Shown here one piece after another: positions 37,501-47,515 of a stretch of DNA of 64,000 bases (position 1 is the first letter of the stretch; every line of letters starts with the position of its first letter). The notes under the pieces were generated by a model, which worked only from the letters and a program-made list of their open reading frames with translations, was not told the DNA's origin and ran no database searches. Location of the stretch: positions 53,074,001-53,138,000 of the forward strand of contig OZ249436.1 in NCBI GenBank assembly GCA_965235115.1, written 5' to 3'. This stretch comes from Laetmonice hystrix. Its lineage: Eukaryota. Both the position numbers and the translations under genes were made by a program.

Positions 37501-39835
37501 TTTGCACATTAAACGGGTTATCATGCAGTCACATTGAAAACCATGTGGTGATACTTTGACATACCCAGGGGTTGGGTCCAGGATTTTGTAAATGAGGAGG
37601 TTGATGGAGGGAAACCTGGCTAACAGGGTGGTTGAGGAGGGTCCATTAGGGAAAGACTAGTATAAGAAAAAAATGAAGAAGAAAAATTGGTTGCAAAGGG
37701 GGTTGCAACCCCTTAAATCCCTCACCTAGATTCGCCACTGTTCACTACCCAAACACCTTTCACTCAGACGTTTTAATCCAGCAATAAATACTCACAGCTT
37801 GCTATTGAAACGTTATGTGAAGAAATGGAGTGAGGTCTCTGTTGATCCACAATGCCAAAGCTCTGGTCAGGCCGTGCTGTTATCTCCCGATATGATTAGC
37901 ACATTTTGCGCTGTTGTGTTTCTTCTAGACCCATACAGGGGCCGCCTTATACACAGCAGTGTTTTCCGCAACCTTGAAGGTAGAGTACTGCGATGGCCGT
38001 AGCCGTAGCTGACTACAATAGGACTGTTGTGTAGGTGCCAGCACCTTAGACTTAGACTGAGAGCGCCGACACCATTATAGACTCACACAGATATTTCTTT
38101 ACAGAGAGTACAGCTTCACAATCCGCCAGCAAAAGGTTAAAGAGGCAGAAAAAGATTTTCTTTGTCTGTTTTATTGTGCGTTTGAAACCGTTATTTCAGA
38201 ATCCAGTTCCGAATCCAGACAAGTAGAAGTTTTAAAACTGCCTCCTATTGAAAGATAAGGACAGTGGCCCTAGGTGTTGGTTTGTAAAAAAATATTTTTT
38301 GTGGTCTTTAAAGATGATATTGTTGCGTTTCTGTTGTCTTTAACATAGTTTACATTCTTTGTGGTTCATCTTGTACAGTCTATAGTGTTCTTGGTTGTTG
38401 AAGTACAAATGTGCAAGTAATGGACATTGTGCCTGAGCCAAGGGTGGACCGTACTTCTGTTCGATTGGGCTTGAAGGACATAATCGTACTATTATTAATT
38501 GTTGAAGTAATAGATATTATAAGTTGGTAAGGAACTTAACAGTATTCAAAAACGTGCAAGGTTCAATTGCAACTGGATAATTTTGATAAATGTGAACTGT
38601 ATCGCTGTTTTTTTATTAATTTTACTAAGTCACAGAAGTGATGAGATCTGTACATCCAGGTTCGTGTGTGTGGGTGTCCGTTTAAAACTCGAGTCCTGGG
38701 CTCGGTTTTTTTGTTTACTTTTCCACCGTGAGCAAGGGTGAGCTGAGCTGAGCAAGGGTGAGCAGAAGCTCATGCTCACCGTTTTGCTCATTGTTTTCGT
38801 TTTTTGGGGGGTATTTTTCCGTGAGCTTGCTCACCATAAGCACGTCTCATGGAAAAAGGCAACCAAAAAAACACGAAAACGGTGAAAATGAGCTCATGCT
38901 CACCCTTGCTCAGTTCAGCTCACCCTTGCTCAGGGTGGAAAAGTAAACAAAAAAACCGGGTCCATGGTGTCATTGCTCAAGTTCTTGTGTGTCTGTGGTA
39001 CTCAGTCGCTTGTGTTGTGATATTGACTGGTTCATCTTGTAATGTATGGTATGCGACTTCATGGGTAAACGGGTGTCTGAAGCATGCGTGAACTGTGCTT
39101 CTGGGATAGAGCCTATCGATATTGTCATTAGTTTAGGATAGCCAGAAGATTATCTTGCCGCGTGAAGGGTCTTTTACTGGTGGAATCTTCTAGAAAATCA
39201 TAATAATTAGCTCGGCCTGTAGCCAATGTAGGATCATTGTGTGGATCTCCTAACAAATGATCATGATATCGCTCACCTGCATCTGGAACTTAGACATACT
39301 TAAAGCATCACCATTCTTACACGCCTATCCTAGTTATAATGGGCCTCATATATGTTGTAAGAAATCTTTTTCTCAGAATAGTCCTTCCTTGATTCCAATC
39401 GATTAATTCTTGAAAGCTGTATCATTCTTTTAGCAGTCGCACCTCTACGTTCTAAATTACACTTGTCATCTATCTATTCGTCCAAGATCGAATCGAACAT
39501 TACTTTTATCCTCATTAGTTCGAAATTTTGGATCCGCCACTGTGATCATCATGTTGAAAGGGAGCTGCAGCCCCCTAAAATCCTATTGTATTAGTAGAAA
39601 TAACACTCGATAGCTCTCGATGATATGGGTTCTTCGCCCTCTAACGAAATTCATGGATTGTCTATCGTTCAGTATGGGTGCACAACCTCCCCAAAGAATG
39701 TATGTATATTATTTTCTGGAGAAATTGACTTTCCTTATAAAACCATCTGTAAGCAAGCACGGTATTTTTGTAGGTACATCGCCGGTTCCGCTGCGCCGGA
39801 CCAAGCAACAGTACAGCATAGGTTCGGTAAGGTGA
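19458..39835 (+). CDS. FAM149B1: FAM149-family (FAM149B1-like, DUF3719) protein, 16 coding exons, 652 aa (669 aa with optional exon 37929-37979)
   Basis: Exons 19458-19516, 21975-22079, 22539-22695, 24071-24207, 24620-24754, 26240-26407, 27259-27391, 28714-28765, 29032-29159, 29701-29813, 30390-30591, 30786-30947, 33945-34073, 34333-34423, 34790-34915, 39774-39835 join in phase (1959 nt) with no internal stop. Motifs recognised from vertebrate FAM149A/B1: N-terminal MISR, TERSSIYS-EFD, LFEQIDRMLFE...ECHEWVSRFPHLRILG, EEVFVQDGQIED, GMPPLTPQAC..FDLIW, EVLRG, RPSTTH, SDTP. The choice between A and B paralogue is uncertain; this is probably a single invertebrate co-ortholog. Confidence 0.9.
21975..22079 (+). 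CDS. FAM149B1: FAM149 coding exon 2
   Basis: tttcag|; RGISREREDSHPLPDRFDD...GYN(S); AG|gtatgg. Confidence 0.8.
22539..22695 (+). CDS. FAM149B1: FAM149 coding exon 3
   Basis: ...WTTGNTTERSSIYSLGED|gtaagt; alternative same-phase acceptor at 22560. Confidence 0.85.
22851..23710. mobile_element. Tc1/mariner-type non-autonomous element, copy 1 (FAM149 intron)
   Basis: TA|TCGGGTGGATAAAAAAAAACGCCCCGAACT...AGTTCGGGGCGTTTTTTTGTATCCACCCGA|TA; long imperfect TIRs; closely related copy at 53397. Confidence 0.88.
24071..24207 (+). CDS. FAM149B1: FAM149 coding exon 4 (DUF3719 core)
   Basis: ctgtag|EFDRRASQRVRQLFEQIDRMLFEDSTSPQHLYTECHEWVSRFPHL(R)|gtatgt. Confidence 0.95.
24620..24754 (+). CDS. FAM149B1: FAM149 coding exon 5
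   Basis: tttcag|(R)ILGDQLMQPKDLGYQMVPQSP...ALN(E)|gtcagt. Confidence 0.9.
26240..26407 (+). CDS. FAM149B1: FAM149 coding exon 6
   Basis: ttgcag|LSITGQ...EKEEVFVQDGQIEDIIAVDYKT(V)|gtaagt. Confidence 0.9.
27259..27391 (+). CDS. FAM149B1: FAM149 coding exon 7
   Basis: ttttag|DEDSSDKHRHRPPRRRHSGMPPLTPQACVKDNIGSTTFDLIWAE|gtatgc. Confidence 0.9.
28714..28765 (+). CDS. FAM149B1: FAM149 coding exon 8 (GC donor)
   Basis: ttccag|VISWLRDVLKKYSFVIQ; CAAG|gcaagt, phase 1. Confidence 0.8.
29032..29159 (+). CDS. FAM149B1: FAM149 coding exon 9
   Basis: ttacag|(A)YKHDDEEQRSL...SSRLDR|gtaata. Confidence 0.8.
29701..29813 (+). CDS. FAM149B1: FAM149 coding exon 10 (GC donor)
   Basis: tttcag|ASRLPL...GLDGLLTISTKALQSRDRSVL(G); GG|gcaagt, phase 2. 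Confidence 0.8.
30390..30591 (+). CDS. FAM149B1: FAM149 coding exon 11
   Basis: ttgtag|EQMSAE...RLAPLERTKTPSM|gtatga. Confidence 0.85.
30786..30947 (+). CDS. FAM149B1: FAM149 coding exon 12
   Basis: ttgcag|DEDRTMLQNEVLRGHRL...ALPPIG...AAK|gtaagg. Confidence 0.9.
33945..34073 (+). CDS. FAM149B1: FAM149 coding exon 13
   Basis: ctgcag|KAHLAGRASSAV...GRPSTTHAMYR|gtaagt. Confidence 0.9.
34333..34423 (+). CDS. FAM149B1: FAM149 coding exon 14
   Basis: ttgcag|SDTPLSNRRSMTPLSF...LGL|gtaaga, phase 1. Confidence 0.88.
34790..34915 (+). CDS. FAM149B1: FAM149 coding exon 15
   Basis: ttgtag|(A)ASHAHVPQLDVRGSSI...IHTHW|gtatgt, phase 1. Confidence 0.8.
35615..35703 (+). mobile_element. tRNA-like SINE head, degenerate
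   Basis: GTGCCGCGGTGGCG...GGGTTCGACTCGGGCCGGCAC: B box plus acceptor-stem-like pairing GTGCCG/CGGCAC. Confidence 0.45.
36108..37474. repeat. 85-bp tandem satellite, 16 near-identical copies, in FAM149 intron 15
   Basis: Unit GGTTGATCTAGGCCAATCGGGGAACAGACCCCCGTTACCAGGGGTTACCAGCCGACTTTTAAACCATCACCAGTTTCTGCTGGCC; no spacers. Confidence 0.97.
38698..38963. mobile_element. MITE with long TIRs and TGAGCA subterminal repeats
   Basis: CGGTTTTTTTGTTTACTTTTCCACC / GGTGGAAAAGTAAACAAAAAAACCG; TSD not clear. Confidence 0.75.
39774..39835 (+). CDS. FAM149B1: FAM149 probable last coding exon
   Basis: tttttgtag|(G)TSPVPLRRTKQQYSIGSVR-stop; phase matches exon 15. Confidence 0.65.
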
Positions 39836-42800
39836 TGGGCGCCCGGTCACGGCTGGTGGAGGCGGGCCACTGGTCCCACCACAACTCCTCATCATACCTC
39901 CTCACCTAGGCAGCAGCAGTATCATGATTCCGTCCGCCCGTCCACCCGTCCTGAGCCGGCCACAACCCACACACAGATCAAGACGCATTGACTGACGTAC
40001 CGGACGACCGTCACGTCACGCCACGTCACGGCGTCCCGCAGCAGACAGCGCCGCGTGCTGGGCGGAGCCGTAACTAAACCTAGAGGTGAAACCGCGGCCC
40101 GCCCAGATTGAGGAAATGCTTTATGTTCTGAAAGGCCAAGGGAAAGGAAAGCAGTCGTCCTTTGAGAACTGTGCACCGTGACGATGGTGGTCTGTGTTAC
40201 ATATAGTCTTTACCTACTGGACCAAGCGAGGCACTTGTGTATCACTGTCCCAGTAAAGGAAAGGGCAGTAGAATTAGAAAGGTGTTCAGATGTGTATGTG
40301 GCGCCATCAGTTGCATAATCGTAGTGAAGCCGTGACTATGTACTCTATGCACGGTGGGACTTGCGTTGGTGCCACAACTGCTAGCATATGGTGCTGGGTG
40401 TCGTCTAACTTCGGAACCTCTGACGACTTCCGTACTTGTCCGCCAGCTAGACATATTCTCCAGAATATTTCAAATCCGATAGAAGCAGTGCCATTTAAAG
40501 GATAGGCCGATAGGACTGCATTTCTTTGTTGTCCATCTCAAAATGTTATTTCCTCAGAATCTTGGTAAGAAAGCGTAGTGGTTAGGAACTGCTGTATCCG
40601 AGCACCACGTAAACAATATTTTCTCTACCGAGTAGGTTTGTATACTTTTAAAAACAAATCCCCAATCAGTCAGAAATTATATATCCGTACGGAAAAGGCC
40701 CGGGACTGGAGATTCCGAGGCAGCAAAAGGATAAGTGCTGACCTCTGGTGACTGTGATATGCACTATTGGCCGAGTCCGCATTATCCTTTAAACAGGAAG
40801 CGGGCTGTGATAGACAAGTTGATAGCGTTAGCAATGACAGACACTGATCATCTGATGCATAGAGAAGAGTCGTGTATAATTCCCTGGTGTACACCAGTAT
40901 GTGCACCTTTAGTTACCGCAGACAAGTGCTGCACTGTTAAGACGGACACAGATCTTTGGATCACATAGTCGACATTTCAGTTAGTGATGGCATATCTTTC
41001 ATTATATCTGTTACAATGTTATGCCTAAATAAATACTGAATACTGACCGTGAAGACATTACCCAGGGTAATGCAGTTAAATGTTGTTTTTCGGGGGGAAG
41101 GGAGTTCCTAAACGAGCAGACTGTGATTGTATCATGTAAATAGTTCTTGCAGGGTATGTTTGGCTGTCGGTATGCACACCTGCCAACCACTACAAGAAAA
41201 AAACAAGCCAGCATTTTGTACAAAGGTTTTCTATTTTACCAAAAGTTCGTATATCTTTCACATACTTATTCAACTTCATAAACTTACTATAACAAAAATT
41301 CTTTCGGGTGATAAACAATGATTGATGTTGTCTCATAATATTGGTGGAGAAGATATTGATTCTCTGATTCCAAAAACGTTTGGAATGATTGTGGGGTAGA
41401 ATATGGTATGCGTGTTGCAGGCAACTATGGTTCCTTATCGACACCCTATATATTCCCTTCGCTGCTGATAAAAACAAGGCTACATTTACTGTTAAATCAG
41501 TTTATCGCGGACATCTTTGCCAAAAAAGCAGATGGTTGCAACACACATTTCTTGAATGTTTTACCTGACATGTAATACATGTATTTCAAAAGAGAACTGT
41601 GTTGAAGGTGTTTTAAAGTGTAGCGGGTTGGCTGGTGTGCTGGTGGTTTATCTGTAATGTTATAGAGACTCGATGCTGAGGACTAGGTTTGTTTTGTCTT
41701 GCTGCTGATGGCTTATGCTCCCTGGTAAAGCTCTCTTGTATATTACTTGTCTTCGTGGATACAAAAAGCCAAATTGTTCCGTAACACTGTTGAATGCTCC
41801 GGCAATTCTCACCAGTTAAGTAGCCCATGAACGGAAATGTTACCCAGACTGTTTAAATCAGCCTTCTTTAAAATCGAAATACTGTAACTCTGTTACTGTA
41901 ATTGTGAATTTACGGGTCAGGAAAGTTTGCCGCTTTCCGTCTGTTACTCAACGTATCCCTTGGTCTCTCCTTATTATGTTCGAGGCAAAGTTATTTTTCT
42001 ATAATTTATGTTTCCCTTTGAATAAGTGTGAGGCAGGGTAAGCGGGTTTTCATGCCATATTATTCCTTGCATCATCTGTGCTCAGCAAATTCGGGGAAGC
42101 TGGAATGGATAAATACACAGATACAGAATCAAGTAAGCAGGGTTCCAGCTGGAAACCTTTCAACAATAGCCCATGGCCTCATGCCTAATTTCTAGAGCCA
42201 TCCCACAAATTTACGTCTTAACTTTGACGGTAGCAACATGTCAAATATAAATTTTTAGCTCTGCTGATTAGGATGGTGTGCCATCCAGCGTGTTTGCCCG
42301 ACCGGCCATAAACAATAAATAGTTCAAGACAAATTTCGCTGAATTTAAACGAATTTGGAATGTTAATTACATACGCTTCTACTTACCTCATAACATATGA
42401 GAGACTTACAGTTTCTCGATTCCCAATGGTCAAAAAATTTAATAAAAGTGTTCTAAGTGAAACAAGAATGAGTTCCACCAGAACTCCTGTCTATCTAACA
42501 TATTCGGTGTATGGCTCCCTCTAGCGGAGATCCGCTGGATCGTGCGCCCCCTAGTGTCCATGTGACCTAGTAGTCAGATTTGAAATGACCACTGCTACCG
42601 CAGGACGTCTTCGTGAGTACCGTGGTTTTTTCCTTATAGTTCTGTATTCCCTTTGGTCATTCCTGTCTATTTGTTGTTTGTAGTCTACCAGTATAGGTAG
42701 ACGCACTACCTCCTTGTGTGGTAGAAGTTATTCAGCATGTTCCCTTAGTTATTCTAAGGGCCAGGTACACTCCTTGTCGGCCTCTGTTAGTCCAGGTAAG

Positions 42801-43209
42801 CGAGGCCATGTTGACCGACAAGTTTTCCTTTGGCCTTGTCTGACCAGGCGGAACGGTCAGCAGTGAGCCGGGGTGCACTCTGTGCTTGCTCCAGGCAATG
42901 AAGCGTGTCACCCGCCCACCGTGGTGGCTAAGGGTGTGACGTCACGCTTACGTCTCAATCAGCTGGTCAGTCCCGTGCAGGACTAGGTGGGTAAGCGTAA
43001 GGTCATGGATCCTCGACCTACGCACCCACCTGACCAGTCTGAATACGCTGATACGCCCAATCACGCACAGCGGGTGGCGTACAGCGTAGGCACCGATCAC
43101 TGGGTCGAAATATAATGTCTCGGGATCGGTGCCTCGGGCTTCCCACGCGAGGAAGGGAATTAAGCCCGTTGAGACGTTGAGACGATCACACGCAGACGTT
43201 CAGCGTCTC

Positions 43210-43755
43210 TGGATCGATCTCTTGACGCGAGGGGAGACTCGAGTTCGCCTCGAGCCAGAGCTCGAGCGACCGTTCTCCCCCTCGTCTGCGTCCGGGGGTC
43301 TCCTCGAGGAGGCCACCCGGGCCAGCCGCGCGAGCCGCGCGAGCCGCGCGAGCCGCGCGAGCCGCGCGAGCCGCGCGAGCCGCGCGAGCCGCGCGAGCCG
43401 CGCGAGCCGCGCGAGCCGCGCGAGCCGCGCGAGCCGCGCGAGCCGCGCGAGCCGCGCGAGCCGCGCGAGCCGCGCGAGCCGCGCGAGCCGCGCGAGCCCT
43501 GGATCGATCTCTTAACGCGAGGGGAGACTCGCGTTCGCCTCGAGCCAGAGCTCGAGCAACCGTTCTCCCCCTCGTCTGCGTCCGGTGGTCTCCTCGAGGA
43601 GGCCACCCGGGCTAGCCGCGCGAGTCGGCTCGGGATCGATCTCTTGACGCGAGGGGAGACTCGCGTTCGCCTCGAGCCAGAGCTCGAGCGACCGTTCTCC
43701 CCCTCGTCTGCGTCCGGTGGTCTCCTCGAGGAGACCACCCGGGCCAGCCGCGCAG
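43210..43755. repeat. Three direct repeats of about 120-130 bp flanking a 9-bp GAGCCGCGC array (about 19 copies, 43323-43498) in the DIRS 5' (gag-position) region
   Basis: Units start GGATCGATCTCTT at about 43211, 43501 and 43633; perfect 9-mer array. Confidence 0.95.
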
Positions 43756-44178
43756 ACGCGCGTAGACAATCGGGGATTCTTCCTGAGATCGGGCATATGT
43801 GCCTTCGGGCCTCGGTGCCTCGGGCATGCGAGGATTGAGATCTCTCGTATAGGCTCACTGAGACGATGTCGGGCAGTCGATCATTTGATGATCTGCGGTT
43901 CGATCCCCCGATCTGATCCGATCTGATCAAGATCAGGCACCGAGCCTTACTCCAGTTCGTTCCTGGCTCGAGCTCGAGATCGTTACTCCTGCTTAGGCGG
44001 GAGAACTCCCGAATTTTGGGGTTATTTGCACCCGTCATGAATTAGGGATACAGTTTATCTCCCGCTGGAGATGGCATCAAGTGGAAGATTTCCCCGCTTG
44101 ATAGGCACAAGATTTGACAGAGAGATCGATGAGATCGGGATCCAGTTAGGATCGGAATCCAGATCAGGATCGGGATAA

Positions 44179-47100
44179 CACTGAAAATCTTTTTGACTAA
44201 CAAGTTAGAAAAAAAGTACTAACCTCTTAGTCATTATGGCTGTGTCTAAAATGACTGACCCCCCATAGCCTTTATGGCTAGCAACTTAGTCAATCAAATT
44301 TGATTGACTAATAGTTAGTCTTTTTGTCTAACATCCGATCCACTCGGCATGTGCTTTGGTCCCCATACCCAGATGGTAAATCCCACTGAAAAAATAACAA
44401 ACATCTGAGATGCACGAAAAATACAAACTTTGTATTGTATTTAAGTCACCGTATTCAAACTTACAGTATCCATGCAGTACCCATTATGGGTATACACTTG
44501 AAGTTACAACAGTAAAGGTTTACTGTCCTTAGCTGTGCCTACAATGCGTTAACAATGCAGTCACTAGCTGTACATACCGACAATGCATAACTGGTAAATA
44601 CTACTGAGAAAAATTACAAACATCTTAGGTGCACTAAATACAAGTTTCGTTTTGTACTAAAGTCACTAAATAAAACTGTTTTTATTACTTTGTTTAGTTA
44701 AAGGACACTATCAGAAAAAGAAAATTATAATCGTCACCATTCGTCTTGGAAAATTATTTAAAATCTGGCCCAGTCCTACGTAGGCCCAGTCCTAACGTCA
44801 GTGCAACGCCCCTTGGGCTTGAAAGAAGTTGTCCGTCTGCAGCATGCTGACGCCCTGTATCACAATGCTGAAGCTGTCCTCTTCGTTCAGGAAACTGAAC
44901 AATTGTTTTTTTGGGTTTGAATATACGGTGCAAAATCGTTCTTCTGAAGAAGAAAAAAATTACCAATATTCAGACTATTTCAAATATTTATAAGAAATTG
45001 TTGTCATACATCATACTTATCAACATTAGTTTGCAATACAACTATGTACAGTAAACCCCCATTATACCCCCCCCCCAGCCTATCGCCAACCTTTCTTATT
45101 GCCAAAGCTTGAGCACCGATCACTTGTATCTGAAAGTACATAAATTAGCCCCTCTATACCGCCCCCCCAGCTATCTGCCATCGCCAACACATTCCTATAC
45201 TATAATTCATTACAAAATACCTTGTCATACCGCCAGTGGCTTATACCATTCAACACTCGGTCTCTTCAAGGTGGACCATTATCGTTCACACCCAAGCTTG
45301 ACCAGCCCCAGCAGTGGTAGGCGGCCATTAAAGTTAAACACGCGTGATACTGTTATATAACATTAACATAATTCAGAAAAAGTAATCAATATTCAATGTA
45401 AAGTATAAAACCAGGACGGTCATAAATACTTACCATGCAAGGCCTCTGTCTGGGTCAGCTGCTGATTCTGCAGCGAGACGACAACACCGTTCCACATCTC
45501 CTTGGCACTTAGAAAGGGCGATAAGGGTTGGTGTGTATTTTCCAGAATGACATCACTTTTGTCGGGTGGCTTTATTCTCTGGTATTCCTTTGGGAACTGT
45601 GCATGAAAACAGAAAATAAACCCAGAGATTACTTCCCTGCTATGTATACCATCAGGTCTCAGAGCAAAACATGTAGAATCTAGATTTCCGTTGAAGTGCA
45701 CCTCTTTCTCAAACACTAAAACTGTGCATGAAAACAGACAATACTACTTACCTGCTATATGTATACCGTCAAGTTTCACAGCAAAACATGTAGATTTCAT
45801 CTAGATTTCAGCCAGGGTTTAACTCTTTCTAGAACACTAACACTGGACACTAACTAACACTAACACATTATGCTTGCAATACTCACCGCTTTCAATATAT
45901 ATCCCACCGACGACCAGAAAACGTTGGGTCCATGACAGTGTCGACCAAGGTCACGTCCTGCACTCTCTTTTTGGCTTCTGCCACCAGGCAGTAACTTTAA
46001 AAAAAAGACAATGATGGCAAGAAATAGACGATGATAAAATGACAAAAATATCAACTGAAAAGTGCCTGCAAGTTCAAATATAAAACAGGTTTGTTCAAAT
46101 ATTAGGCTAAGCTCATTAGTCTAGAGCCTCATATTTATAATATGGAGTAATCAGAATTTGAAGTCGAGAGTCACTGTTCCCTATAGGCATCACAAAGCTA
46201 AATTCGCCGATTTGCCCCCACAAATAAAAAAGTCAAGTCAAAATACTCTTAAATAAACACGGCAGTCTAGGTCCATGTACCGGATTAAAACTCCACAGTA
46301 ATGTACAAATACCCTGCTTAATATTTGTTATAGTAAATTTTTCTGCCACGCAAAATCACGTAGCAGGCGGGGCGGGCAGGGGGTTGGCTCGTTCCAAGTT
46401 TACTAAATGACTGGATACCCTAGAACGTATCTAGATTATATGATCAAATCATAGAATTCGAGATCAATGAAGTAGGTTGGTCTTCAACAACTACTGGCGC
46501 TGTGGGTAACGCCAGTAGAGGCCAGGGGCGGATCCAGGATTTTTTTTTCGGGGGGGGGGGGGGGGGGGGCAGGTGTATGGGTGTCTGAATCGACCCATTA
46601 GGCATAGCTACCTGACATGGGCAAGGGTCACTCAGTTGGGGGGGGGGGGGCAGGGGGGGGGGGTTATTGGTGCGGGGGGGGGGGTGTTACAGCGGACGGA
46701 CGTTATTTAGGACCTAAAAAAAACTATTTAAAAAAATCTTTGGCGCCCAGGGGGGTTACAGACACCCAAAAACCCCTCCTGGGCACGGCCTTGGGGGGGG
46801 GGGGGCAAAACCCTGCTTTTGAAAATTTCGGGGGTCCTGGCCCCCTGTGCCCCCCCCCCCCTAATTCCGCCACTGCAGTACTTAAACTTTGGGTTTAGGC
46901 TAGGCCGAGCTCGTAACGTAGGCCTATCTATGTTGTTAGCCGTTAGGCGGCCATATTGTCACGAGTGTCTCTGTTGTCGGAAGAACCGACCTAAATGCGC
47001 ACAGATTACTTATACTGACTGAATTCCTATACCCTCTAAGACTTCTTGACCACTCAGACATTAGGTGTAGGCTAGGTGATGAGAGTGTACGGAAAACTTA

Positions 47101-47515
47101 CCTTGATTCGTTCCACTGTCTGACTTGGCCTTGGCGCTGAACTTCCCGCCATTAGAGCAGGCATGGAGCTATAGGTTCAACGTTTATCTTCGGAAAAGAG
47201 TTTCACGTAGTACTAGCCTAACTAGGCTTAGACCTACATGCCCGTAGTCCTACACTTGACACAGAAAGATTTAGACTCTCTGTGTTTTAATTTCCACGCT
47301 GTGTTTGCATTTTAGAGAACCTAAAGACGCAGTCTTCCGAAACCACTGCTTGTAATCTGGGACTATCTCTGTCTGATGTGTTGATTTACACTCGTCTTTT
47401 TGACTAACGTTGTTAGACAAATCTGACTAGGGTTAGTCTTTGATGAAATGTCTAACCCGATCTTAGCGAAAATTGACTAAGTTAGTCAAATGACTAAGGG
47501 TTGAGATTTTCAGTG
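44179..47515. mobile_element. CACTA/EnSpm (CACTG-type) non-autonomous DNA transposon nested in the DIRS
   Basis: 12-bp TIRs CACTGAAAATCT / AGATTTTCAGTG; 2-bp TSD AA; TGACTAA/TTAGTCA subterminal repeats at both ends; removal rejoins the GGATC-repeat flank. Confidence 0.85.

Noticed and set aside
43160..44038. 292-aa minus-strand ORF as a host gene
   Set aside because: Its length comes from stop-free tandem repeats inside the DIRS; no domain recognised.
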